From: Anaerolineae bacterium
GTDB lineage: Bacteria; Chloroflexota; Anaerolineae; JAKLPW01
Length of the DNA stretch: 64,000 nucleotides
Direction of reading: 5' to 3'
Assembly (NCBI GenBank): GCA_022013675.1
Contig: JAKLPW010000138.1
Coordinates: 3,137-67,136 of the forward strand
Position 1 is the first letter of the stretch. Every line of letters begins with the position of its first letter. A model generated the notes under the pieces. The model did no database searches, had not been told where the DNA came from, and was given only the letters and a program-made list of their open reading frames with translations. The position numbers were made by a program, and so were the translations under genes. Shown one piece after another: positions 52,859-61,176 of the stretch.

Positions 52859-53551
52859 CTACTTGGACCTCTCGAAACGATAGCCCATGCCCCGCACGGT
52901 GACGATGTGCTTGGGATCGGAGGGATCATCCTCTAGCTTGGTCCGCAAGCGCCGGATGTAGACGGCAATCTGGTTGCTGTAGCCCTCATACTCATAGCCC
53001 CATGCAGTGCTGAGCAGGTAGTCGTGAGTAAGCACCCTGCCCGCATTGCGCATCAATACGTGCAGGAGCCGAAATTCGATGGGTGTCAGCTCCACGACTC
53101 TGTTATCGGACAAGAAGACCTTGTTGCCGACCGGATCCAGACGAATGTCCCCCACAGCCACACGAGACTGGGAGTCATCGAAAGCGGAGAATGCTTCAGT
53201 ACGACGCAACACTGCCTTGACCCGTGCCAGAAGCTCCGCCGGCTCAAAAGGCTTGGCCAGATAGTCGTCGGCCCCCATCTTGAGGCCAGTCACCTTGTCA
53301 ACGGTCTCCCCTTTAGCAGAGAGCATGATGATAGGCACGTCCATGGTCTGTCGAATGCGTCGGCAGACCTCCAGGCCGTCAATCTGTGGCATCATGACAT
53401 CCAGGATCACCAAATCGGGCAACTCACGCTCCACCAGTTCCAAACCAGATCGTCCGTTGTCAGCAGTAATGACCTCGTATCCTTCGTCCCGAAGCAGAAA
53501 ACTGGTCCACTTCACGGTAGGCGGATCATCATCCACAATCAAAATACGCAT
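52859..53551 (-). CDS. OmpR/PhoB-family response regulator
   Basis: MRILIVDDD...LVILDVMMPQIDG (receiver); LTPIEFRLLHVLM...VYIRRLRTKLE...TVRGMGYRF (winged helix). ATG at 53551 is preceded by aaggag; the track start at 53566 is GTG. Confidence 0.9.
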   Translation of the reverse strand: MRILIVDDDPPTVKWTSFLLRDEGYEVITADNGRSGLELVERELPDLVILDVMMPQIDGLEVCRRIRQTMDVPIIMLSAKGETVDKVTGLKMGADDYLAKPFEPAELLARVKAVLRRTEAFSAFDDSQSRVAVGDIRLDPVGNKVFLSDNRVVELTPIEFRLLHVLMRNAGRVLTHDYLLSTAWGYEYEGYSNQIAVYIRRLRTKLEDDPSDPKHIVTVRGMGYRFERSK

Positions 53552-53599
53552 GGCTCTCTCCTTCACCTCATCGCCTCATTCTTGCGAAATACGCTCCGG

Positions 53600-53641
53600 T
53601 TTCAAGTGCTTGATTTCAAGTGCTTGATTTCAAGTGCTTAC
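53600..53641. promoter_or_regulatory. 3 x 14-bp direct repeat tttcaagtgcttga, 49-90 nt upstream of the response-regulator start
   Basis: Units at 53600, 53614 and 53628. Unit junctions create CTTGA-TT-TCAAG palindromes. Confidence 0.6.
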
Positions 53642-53728
53642 TTACTGTTTGTGGTCTGTTTTACACCAGTAGTATACCACCGCTTGAGTCTTGTCGCAAA
53701 GGCTTCGTCTGGGAGGATGTTGAGGAAA

Positions 53729-53827
53729 AGACTGCGGAAGTCTAGCATATGTCCGAGGCGTACTGGCTCGATTCGGTCCTCAGCGGATTCCAGACGACTC
53801 TTGTCCCGCCGAAGACTTCCGCAGTCT
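53729..53827. repeat. Paired-palindrome element (AGACTGCGGAAGTCT at 53729-53743; AGACTTCCGCAGTCT at 53813-53827)
   Basis: The two 15-mers are exact reverse complements, 84 bp apart. The internal and right-flank sequence (cggattccagacgact...ccgccgaagacttccgcagtctggca) is homologous to 4600-4652. Confidence 0.85.
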
Positions 53828-53933
53828 GGCAACACCCCCTGCAAGATCATCTTGACTCTATTATATCACTTGAAATCGGAACGCGCAAGCACCTCCAGAC
53901 AGAGAAACAACCACACTTCACGGTCACCACTGT

Positions 53934-53981
53934 GACACGTCATCTTTAAGACACGTCATCTTTAAGACGCATCATCTACGA
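53934..53981. repeat. 16-bp direct repeat gacacgtcatctttaa (2 exact copies plus 1 degenerate)
   Basis: Units at 53934, 53950 and 53966, in the divergent intergenic region about 245 nt upstream of the 54225 start. Confidence 0.8.
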
Positions 53982-54224
53982 CGGCCACACCAATGGAAAA
54001 GATACGGCGAGGGGATGCACCATGTTTCTTATGGGCAGGTTTAGTCTGCGCAAGGATCATCGTCCCACTGGACCTGTTTGCTCCGAAATCCCCATCGATC
54101 CCCTGGTTGCAGAAAAGGCAGAATTCCACTATAGTATATCCAAGCTAAGAGGCACATCCAACCGGCATCGTCCGCACAAAAGAGCTCCCAACCTGTCTCG
54201 GAAACTCGGTACGGAGGAGGGGTT

Positions 54225-55253
54225 TTGAGATACACCGTATCCGTCATCGCGACCGTAAAGAATGAGGGGCAGTCCATGCGCCGCCTGCTGGACTCTCTCG
54301 TCACCCAGACTCGCTTGCCCGATGAAGTGATCATTGTGGATGGGGGGTCCATCGACGAGACGCGCGATATCCTGCGTGAGTACGCCGAAGCAGGCCACCT
54401 GCCACTACGGGTGCTGATACGAGAAGGGAGCAACATTGCCGAGGGGCGCAATGCAGCTATCGCAGCGGCCCAAGGCCAGATCATCGCCACCACCGATGCC
54501 GGTGTTCTCCTGGAACCGATCTGGCTGGAGGAGCTCCTCCGCCCCTTGGAGGAAGTCGAAGACGTGGCCGTAGTAGGTGGGTTCTTCGTCCCCGACCCCC
54601 AAACAACATTCGAAATTGCCATGGGTGCCACTGTGCTGCCGACCCTTTCGGACATCGATCCGGCTAAGTTCCTACCTTCCAGTCGATCCGTGGCGTACAA
54701 GAAAGAGGCATGGGCATCACTGGATGGCTATCCCGAATGGCTGGGATACTCGGAGGACGTGCTCTTCGATCTAGCACTGCGATTTAGAGGATACCGCTTC
54801 GCCTTCGCGCCCGCCGCGAAGGTACGTTTCCGACCCCGTTCGAACTTGAGAGCCTTCTGGAGACAGTATCGCAACTATGCTATGGGCGACGGTGTAGCGC
54901 TCCTCTGGACAGAGCGTCATCTCATCCGATATGGCACCTATATTGTCGCGCTCCCTCTCCTGTTGGCTTTCGCTCTGACCCACCATCCTCTCTGGTGGCT
55001 GGCTCTAGCACTGGGGGCTATCTTCTACACCCGTGCACCATACCGCCGGCTCCAGCCCTACCTCGCAGGTCTCCCATGGTCACAGAAGGCCCTCGCGCTC
55101 TCGCTGGTACCTGTCATTCGCGTGACGGGAGACCTGGCCAAAATGGCTGGCTATCCCCTGGGACTTCCCCAGGGACTCAGAAACCGAGCGCGGATAGAAA
55201 CATACCTGGGGCCGAATGCCTGCCTCCGGGGGATATTCCCCTTCCGCTCGTGA
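54225..55253 (+). CDS. GT2 glycosyltransferase with C-terminal membrane segment(s)
   Basis: TTG start preceded by ggaggagggg. VSVIATVKNEGQSM...VIIVDGGSIDET...GRNAAIAAAQGQIIATTDAG. Hydrophobic YGTYIVALPLLLAFALTHHPLWWLALALGAIFY. Confidence 0.75.
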   Translation: MRYTVSVIATVKNEGQSMRRLLDSLVTQTRLPDEVIIVDGGSIDETRDILREYAEAGHLPLRVLIREGSNIAEGRNAAIAAAQGQIIATTDAGVLLEPIWLEELLRPLEEVEDVAVVGGFFVPDPQTTFEIAMGATVLPTLSDIDPAKFLPSSRSVAYKKEAWASLDGYPEWLGYSEDVLFDLALRFRGYRFAFAPAAKVRFRPRSNLRAFWRQYRNYAMGDGVALLWTERHLIRYGTYIVALPLLLAFALTHHPLWWLALALGAIFYTRAPYRRLQPYLAGLPWSQKALALSLVPVIRVTGDLAKMAGYPLGLPQGLRNRARIETYLGPNACLRGIFPFRS

Positions 55254-55269
55254 TGGTCCTGGGCTCGTT

Positions 55270-55300
55270 GGCGAAGGTCTCCCGACCGAGCCCTCCGTTG
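55270..55300. repeat. Solitary unit of the GGTCTCCCGACC family
   Basis: cgttggcgaaggtctcccgaccgagccctcc, between the two plus-strand GT2 genes. Confidence 0.8.
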
Positions 55301-55371
55301 ACCCTGCCCCTGCTTTGTGCTACAATAGACCCACCAACCAAGAGGCAGACAAGGGGGGACAAAGGGCACCC

Positions 55372-56292
55372 ATGCACGATCTGGCTATAGTGATCGTCAA
55401 CTACAACACTCGGGACCTCCTGCGGGCCTGCCTAAGTTCCATATATCAGAGCCAAGGCGACCTGAGCTACAAGGTACACGTGGTGGACAACTGCTCCACC
55501 GATGGCAGCGCCGAGGTGGTGCGGCGGGAGTTTCCCCAGGTGGACGGAGTGACGCAGTGTGAGAGTAACTGCGGCTATCCTGCCGCCAACAACATCGGGT
55601 TCCGTGCCGCCGGATTGGGACAGAGTAGTAGCGGATCGGAACCCAGATACGCGCTTATGCTCAACGCGGACACCGCCCTGCCGCCCGATGCTCTCCAGCA
55701 GATGGTCGACTTCATGGACGCTCATCCGCAAGCAGGTGTCGCGGGGCCAAAGCTGGTGCGGCCGGATGGAACCCTCGACAAGGCCTGCCGAAGGAGCTTC
55801 CCATCACCAGAGGTGTCATTCTATCGCCTCGCAGGCCTAAGCCGGATCTTCCCCAAGAACCAGCGCTTCGCGCGCTACAATCTCGACTATCTCGATGTAG
55901 ATGAAATAGCCGAGATAGACGCTGTCGTGGGAGCGTTCATGATCATTAGGGGAGATACGTTGCGAGATATCGGCCTGTTGGACGAGAGCTTCTTCATGTA
56001 CGGCGAGGACCTGGATCTCTGCTATCGGGCCAAGCAGAAAGGTTGGAAAGTCTACTACTACCCGGCTGTGACGGTACTACATCATAAGGGAGAGTCGAGC
56101 AAACAGCGAAGCTATCATTCCATCTACCATTTCTATCGTTCCATGTACGTCTTCCATCGCAAGCATTACTGGCAAAGCACTCTCTTCCTTTTGAACTGGC
56201 TCATCACCCTGGGCATCGTGACCCTCGGAGGGTGGGCCCTGCTCCGAAACGTCTTTCGCCCCTCTGGGCGGAGGCGGGTAGCTTCAGCATAA
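55372..56292 (+). CDS. GT2 glycosyltransferase (rhamnosyltransferase/WbbL-like)
   Basis: MHDLAIVIVNYNTRDLL...VVDNCSTDGS...MLNADTALP...FMYGEDLDLCYR. ATG at 55372; the track extension runs through the repeat unit. Confidence 0.8.
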   Translation: MHDLAIVIVNYNTRDLLRACLSSIYQSQGDLSYKVHVVDNCSTDGSAEVVRREFPQVDGVTQCESNCGYPAANNIGFRAAGLGQSSSGSEPRYALMLNADTALPPDALQQMVDFMDAHPQAGVAGPKLVRPDGTLDKACRRSFPSPEVSFYRLAGLSRIFPKNQRFARYNLDYLDVDEIAEIDAVVGAFMIIRGDTLRDIGLLDESFFMYGEDLDLCYRAKQKGWKVYYYPAVTVLHHKGESSKQRSYHSIYHFYRSMYVFHRKHYWQSTLFLLNWLITLGIVTLGGWALLRNVFRPSGRRRVASA

Positions 56293-56306
56293 GTCTTGCG
56301 GAGAGT

Positions 56307-57707
56307 ATGGAGATGACGCGAAAGGCCAGTTTCTTTTTTACATTCCTGACCACTCTCGTGGATGCGGCGATGACCTACATGGGCTTTTTCATTGCCTATC
56401 AGCTTCGTCAGCGCCTTCCCTATCCCACTGCCCTTGACCTTCCCCCCTTCTCCTACTACTTTGGCATGCTGGCCATTCAAATCCCGACCATGCTCTTCGT
56501 CTTCTTTCTCGCCCGTCTATACCACCAGAATAGGGGCCTCCCGACCTTCGACCGGATCTATTCCATCTTCGTCGCTGTCTCGGTTGGGATCATTGCCTCA
56601 ACGGCAGCGACCACGTTCGTCCACAGGAACGAGTTGGACTACACTCGCGGCATGGTGGTCTACGACTGGCTTGTGACTGCGATTCTGGTGGTAATTGGGC
56701 GGCTGATGACCCAAACCCTTCGCTCATCGCATCAGATGCGTCATCCCACCCACGTGTTGCTGATCGGAGCCGGTGATATCGGCAGGATGGTTCTCCAGAA
56801 GCTTGTCCAATCACCACGCCTGGGATACAAAGTCGTGGGCTTCGCCGATGAGTCCCCTGAACGCCACGAAGTCGCCGGCATTCCCGTCCTGGGCAACCTG
56901 AGCAACGTGGGCGCTATCATCCAGGAACATGGCGTGGAAGAGGCAATCATCACCTTGCCTGGAGCATCTCATGAACAGGCGCTGGACATCATCTCCCAAT
57001 GCGAGCGGCAGCGCGTCATGGTGCGGCTATTCCCGGACCTCTTCCAGATCATAGCCTCTCAAGTCACCATATCGGATCTGGACGGTCTTCCCCTCTTGAA
57101 TGTGCGCGACGTGGCTCTTCGCGGCTGGCGCTTGACCTTGAAGCGAACCATGGACGTTGCCTTCAGCGCCGTGAGCCTAATACTTCTTTCTCCCATCCTG
57201 CTCTTCATCGCCCTGCTGATCAAGCTGGACTCACCCGGCCCCGTGTTCTATGCTCAGATACGGGTAGGATTGGATGGCAAGCCTTTCCCCATGCTCAAGT
57301 TCCGTTCCATGCGTATGGATGCGGAGGCCGAGACAGGACCAGTGTGGGCCAGCGAGAACGACCCCCGCCGGACTCGCCTGGGGTCCGCCCTGCGCCGCTT
57401 GTCCGTTGATGAACTACCTCAGTTCATCAACGTGCTGGTAGGCCAAATGAGTCTGGTAGGGCCTCGCCCGGAGCGGCCGATCTTCGTGGAACAGTTCAAA
57501 CAGGTGGTACCGCGGTACATGGACCGTCACATGGAGAAAGCCGGGCTAACTGGCTGGGCACAAGTCAATGGCCTGCGTGGCGATACTTCCATCATCGAGC
57601 GTACCAAATATGACATCTACTACATCGAGAACTGGTCGCTGTTGTTCGACATCAAGATACTGCTGATGACCCTCGGTAGCGGACTTAGGAGCAAGAACGC
57701 CTACTAA
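56307..57707 (+). CDS. Polyprenyl glycosylphosphotransferase (WbaP/EPS 'bacterial sugar transferase' family)
   Basis: N-terminal TMs, LLIGAGDIGRMV Rossmann-like region, PGPVFYAQIRVGLDGKPFPMLKFRSM...DELPQFINVLVGQMSLVGPRPERP. Confidence 0.9.
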   Translation: MEMTRKASFFFTFLTTLVDAAMTYMGFFIAYQLRQRLPYPTALDLPPFSYYFGMLAIQIPTMLFVFFLARLYHQNRGLPTFDRIYSIFVAVSVGIIASTAATTFVHRNELDYTRGMVVYDWLVTAILVVIGRLMTQTLRSSHQMRHPTHVLLIGAGDIGRMVLQKLVQSPRLGYKVVGFADESPERHEVAGIPVLGNLSNVGAIIQEHGVEEAIITLPGASHEQALDIISQCERQRVMVRLFPDLFQIIASQVTISDLDGLPLLNVRDVALRGWRLTLKRTMDVAFSAVSLILLSPILLFIALLIKLDSPGPVFYAQIRVGLDGKPFPMLKFRSMRMDAEAETGPVWASENDPRRTRLGSALRRLSVDELPQFINVLVGQMSLVGPRPERPIFVEQFKQVVPRYMDRHMEKAGLTGWAQVNGLRGDTSIIERTKYDIYYIENWSLLFDIKILLMTLGSGLRSKNAY

Positions 57708-57999
57708 TCCCCCCAGTTCCCCCAGTCCCCCAGGGATTGAAAGCCCTGTCTGAATTCGAAAAGTGCCCGCAGGCACTGAACTTCAATGCAGAGGCCAATC
57801 CCTGATGGGGCCTGCCCTGAGTCGCACCCTGAGCCCGTCGAAGGGCATGGTCCAAGGGACTTCTCAGTTTCAGCCGGTGATATTCATTCACCAAGAAGCG
57901 TATTAACCATACGTTAACCCCCCCGTAACCAGATGGAGACCTTCATGTGGTAGACTGTACTCACCAGAGAGGTAATCTAGGATAGGTGAGGGATCAGAC

Positions 58000-58734
58000 A
58001 TGGACGGCAAGAATCATCGAATTAGCTTGTTTCTAGGGGTAGCGCTCATCATCAACCTAACCTTCGCTCCCGTGGTTCTAGCGGGCCCGCGAGGATTAGG
58101 GTGGGCTATCATAGGACTCCTCAGCGACTCCAAGATCTGTGGCACAGCGTATCACGACTGGAATGCCAACGGGGTCAGAGACCCTGAGGAGCCTCCCATG
58201 CCCAGCGCCCGCATCTCGCTGGAGGATCCGCGCTGCGGCCTGCTTCTGTCCACCATAACGGACTCGGATGGTACCTACGCTTTCCCCGAACTGATAATGG
58301 GAACATACCTGATTACCGCCGAGGACGCCCCGGGGTATTGCTCCACCACTCCCAACAGCTTCCTGGTGGAAATCGGATTCGGACAGAAGATAGAGATCAA
58401 CTTTGGTGACCTGCTGGTAATTCCCGGATGCTTCCCGGCTATCGCCGGTCAGGTATTCGAGGACCTCAACACTAGCGGCGAGCGCGACGATGGAGAGCCT
58501 CTGCTGTCCAACGTCCTGGTAACACTGAGTAGCGAGGATGGCTCACTCACCATTAGAAGATTCACGGATGAGTTCGGGAGATACCAATTCGAGGACCTTG
58601 CCCCAGGCCGCTATACCGTGACGGAGACCAATCCCGAGGAGTACCCGATTTCAACCACTCCAGATGAGGTAGACGTGCTCATCGAGGGCCCCATGCCCAT
58701 CGAGGTTCACTTCGGCGACCGCGGGGCGAGCTGA
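58000..58734 (+). CDS. Secreted protein with two SdrD B-like (Cna-B type) domains
   Basis: Signal peptide. GTAYHDWNANGVRDPEE...SDGTYAF...TYLITAE and GQVFEDLNTSGERDDGE...EFGRYQF...RYTVTE. Confidence 0.7.
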   Translation: MDGKNHRISLFLGVALIINLTFAPVVLAGPRGLGWAIIGLLSDSKICGTAYHDWNANGVRDPEEPPMPSARISLEDPRCGLLLSTITDSDGTYAFPELIMGTYLITAEDAPGYCSTTPNSFLVEIGFGQKIEINFGDLLVIPGCFPAIAGQVFEDLNTSGERDDGEPLLSNVLVTLSSEDGSLTIRRFTDEFGRYQFEDLAPGRYTVTETNPEEYPISTTPDEVDVLIEGPMPIEVHFGDRGAS

Positions 58735-58825
58735 CGCTGGCCTCGTCCCACGGCACGAACAAGCTCACGCAAAATCGCCAAGATCACAAGACTCGGTCAG
58801 GAGACCTTCATCCAACAAAGGGATC

Positions 58826-59200
58826 TCAGGCTGCACGGATCGGCACCGGTCTCAGGGATGTGATGGGAATGGTCTCCGAAACTGAAGGCGTGTAGGTTGA
58901 CAAAGAGAGGATATCGCTCACGGGGGGGCGCAGCAGAATACCAAGCACGATTTCTCGGAGTTCATCAGACAGTTGGGCAAGCCCTACAAGGGGGAAACTA
59001 CGCGGGCCAACTTCTGTCTTCTGAGCCAAGAGGGAGTACTCCAGGAAGGTCAGTCCTATCGCTCTGTGCTCTTTCTTGTTGATGCGCAGCAGGATGTGAT
59101 CATTCAGCTCGATGCCCGTTGCCTTCTCCCCTGGCACAAACGAAATGTACAAGGTATCGCTTATCTCGTCATAGTTGAAGACTGGCTTCGTGATAGTCAT
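58826..59200 (-). CDS. DUF2283-like protein (antitoxin-like)
   Basis: NYDEISDTLYISFVPGEKATGIELNDHILLRINKKEHRAIGLTFLEY matches the YDxxxDxLYIxF DUF2283 signature. The start lies 4 nt after the upstream stop. Confidence 0.55.
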   Translation of the reverse strand: MTITKPVFNYDEISDTLYISFVPGEKATGIELNDHILLRINKKEHRAIGLTFLEYSLLAQKTEVGPRSFPLVGLAQLSDELREIVLGILLRPPVSDILSLSTYTPSVSETIPITSLRPVPIRAA

Positions 59201-59204
59201 GGGT

Positions 59205-59534
59205 TCACCCTATCTCTTTCTGATAGGCCGTGACAACGTAGTCGCTAGGAATAGGTTCACCGCCTTGACCCTCGCCATACCTGAACAGCACAATGGCGAC
59301 AATGTGCGTGTTGTCCTCTGCCAAATCGTCAAACCCCTCGACGTATCGATACTTCTGTGGGTTCAGAGGGTCCTGTTTCCGCTTCCCAGACCGGATCGTG
59401 GCTTTCAGGTGTTCCTCATAGGCTGACATTTCGGGATGGTTAGTCGCCTCGACAATATGCCTCCACCGTTCGTGAGTCAGATAGATGTCGTTGCCGTAGC
59501 GATCGCAAACTGACCAACGCTTGCCAGCAGTCAT
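59205..59534 (-). CDS. Small hypothetical protein, toxin-like partner of DUF2283 (DUF4258-like?)
   Basis: ATG at 59534 is preceded by gaagga. MTAGKRWSVCDRYGNDIYLTHERWRHIVEATNHPEM...THIVAIVLF...YVVTAYQKEIG. Family assignment is not secure. Confidence 0.4.
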   Translation of the reverse strand: MTAGKRWSVCDRYGNDIYLTHERWRHIVEATNHPEMSAYEEHLKATIRSGKRKQDPLNPQKYRYVEGFDDLAEDNTHIVAIVLFRYGEGQGGEPIPSDYVVTAYQKEIG

Positions 59535-59811
59535 GATATTCCTTCTGCCATGAATTGCCATAGGAAAGCCATTCACAGAACAATTATATCATAAAGAACT
59601 TGGACTGTCGAACCAGAGCCGTTTTTGCCACATCACGTCCGAACTCACTCACAAGGCAAGTCCTACGGATGCGAAACTCGCTTCGATTACCACTTGTGAA
59701 AGCACTTCCCATCGACAGGATTAAGGAATCTCTATCAGAGCTTGGGTAAGGCAAACCCACTTCCCCAGACCTAGTCAATGCGCTAATGGCTCTTAAGAGC
59801 TTGGATGTTCG

Positions 59812-60375
59812 TCACGATGTCAGATGAATCTTGCCGAGGTTGTGAAAGGCCAGGAAGAGAGAGCTGACGTGCAGAGACTGAATGAAGTCACCGTTGACAA
59901 GGCGTTCGATGACTTCTATTAGAGGCATCACAATGACTTCGATCTGTTCCGTATCGTCTGGGCATGGGGACCCTGCCAGTTCCACATCTGTTGTCAGAAA
60001 GCAGTGAACGAGGTTGTTGTTATTAGAAGGGTTGGGGGAGACGACACCTGTTTCAACGAAGGTAGAGCCTGTGTAGCCGGTCTCTTCACGCAACTGCCGC
60101 TTGATGGCAACCACAGGGGAAGCATCAGTTGGTTCTACAACACCACCCGGCAGTTCGAGTAGCGTTCTTCGCAAGCCATGTCGGTATTGCCGCACAAGGA
60201 CGACTTTCTCGTCCGCCGTCAGAGCAACAACGTTGACCCAAGGCGAATATTCGAAGACATAGCAGGCAGGGAGGATAGGGCCGTTCGGCATCTCACACCT
60301 ATCTGCCCGCAACGATAGGCAACGATTTTTGATGACATGTCGAGACTCCAGCACTTTCCAGTCGAATCGATGCAT
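59812..60375 (-). CDS. NUDIX hydrolase
   Basis: Nudix box GGVVEPTDASPVVAIKRQLREETGY. Confidence 0.85.
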   Translation of the reverse strand: MHRFDWKVLESRHVIKNRCLSLRADRCEMPNGPILPACYVFEYSPWVNVVALTADEKVVLVRQYRHGLRRTLLELPGGVVEPTDASPVVAIKRQLREETGYTGSTFVETGVVSPNPSNNNNLVHCFLTTDVELAGSPCPDDTEQIEVIVMPLIEVIERLVNGDFIQSLHVSSLFLAFHNLGKIHLTS

Positions 60376-60384
60376 AGAATAACC

Positions 60385-61005
60385 TCACAATACCTTGCGC
60401 ATCAGCAAGTAGTGATCCACGCCGATGCGATGCCTCAGCGGGGGTCGCTGCACTCGTTCCACGATATACCCAACTCGAGCATAGAGACTCCTTGCCGCCG
60501 CACTGTGTGACGCCACGTGGAGTAAAAGTGCCTCAAACCCCTGCCTCTTGGCGAGTTCTTCTGCATGATTCAGAAGGGTCCTCCCGATGCCTCGCCGCTG
60601 CCAAGCCGGACGCACACCGAGCGTGGCGATGTAGAGCTCGTCCCGGCGAACGGGCCTCCCCAAAAAGAGAAGCAACATAGGCGCCAGCCCCAGTAGCGCC
60701 CGCACCACTCCGCTCCAGCCAAGAACAGGCCGCCATACGGACCCGATGCCCCTCAATCGGCTACGCGCGAAATCCACGCGGGCCATGACCTGCAACATCC
60801 CCACGGTCTGTCCCTCCACCTTGGCCACCGTCAGATTGTGTCGGCCTACGGCCTCAAGGAGAGGCACCGTGCACCGTGCAACAGTGGAAATGTCGTCTCC
60901 AAAGAGGAGACGATACTCATCAAACGCCTCCGCAACCACCAGCGCAGCGGGTTGGATGTCGGCCTCCGTTGCCAGACGGATAATAATGCCCGCTTCGTTC
61001 TCCAT
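60385..61005 (-). CDS. GNAT-family N-acetyltransferase
   Basis: LGVRPAWQRRGIGRTLLNHAEELAKRQGF (acetyl-CoA binding Q/RxxGxG/A motif). ATG at 61005 is preceded by ggagg. Confidence 0.8.
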   Translation of the reverse strand: MENEAGIIIRLATEADIQPAALVVAEAFDEYRLLFGDDISTVARCTVPLLEAVGRHNLTVAKVEGQTVGMLQVMARVDFARSRLRGIGSVWRPVLGWSGVVRALLGLAPMLLLFLGRPVRRDELYIATLGVRPAWQRRGIGRTLLNHAEELAKRQGFEALLLHVASHSAAARSLYARVGYIVERVQRPPLRHRIGVDHYLLMRKVL

Positions 61006-61176
61006 GCAAGGATTGCCTCCCGATTCAACCGGGAACAACTCAAGGCCTGCCTTATCAATGACAGATACCCCGTATTGTCCCTTCCTTCGGTTGCTTCCCT
61101 TCGGTAACGCTCTTGCCCGTGGCTTCTCACCCGCCGGATTTCTGGCTGAAGGCTGAGTGCTGATAGCTTATTCTGC

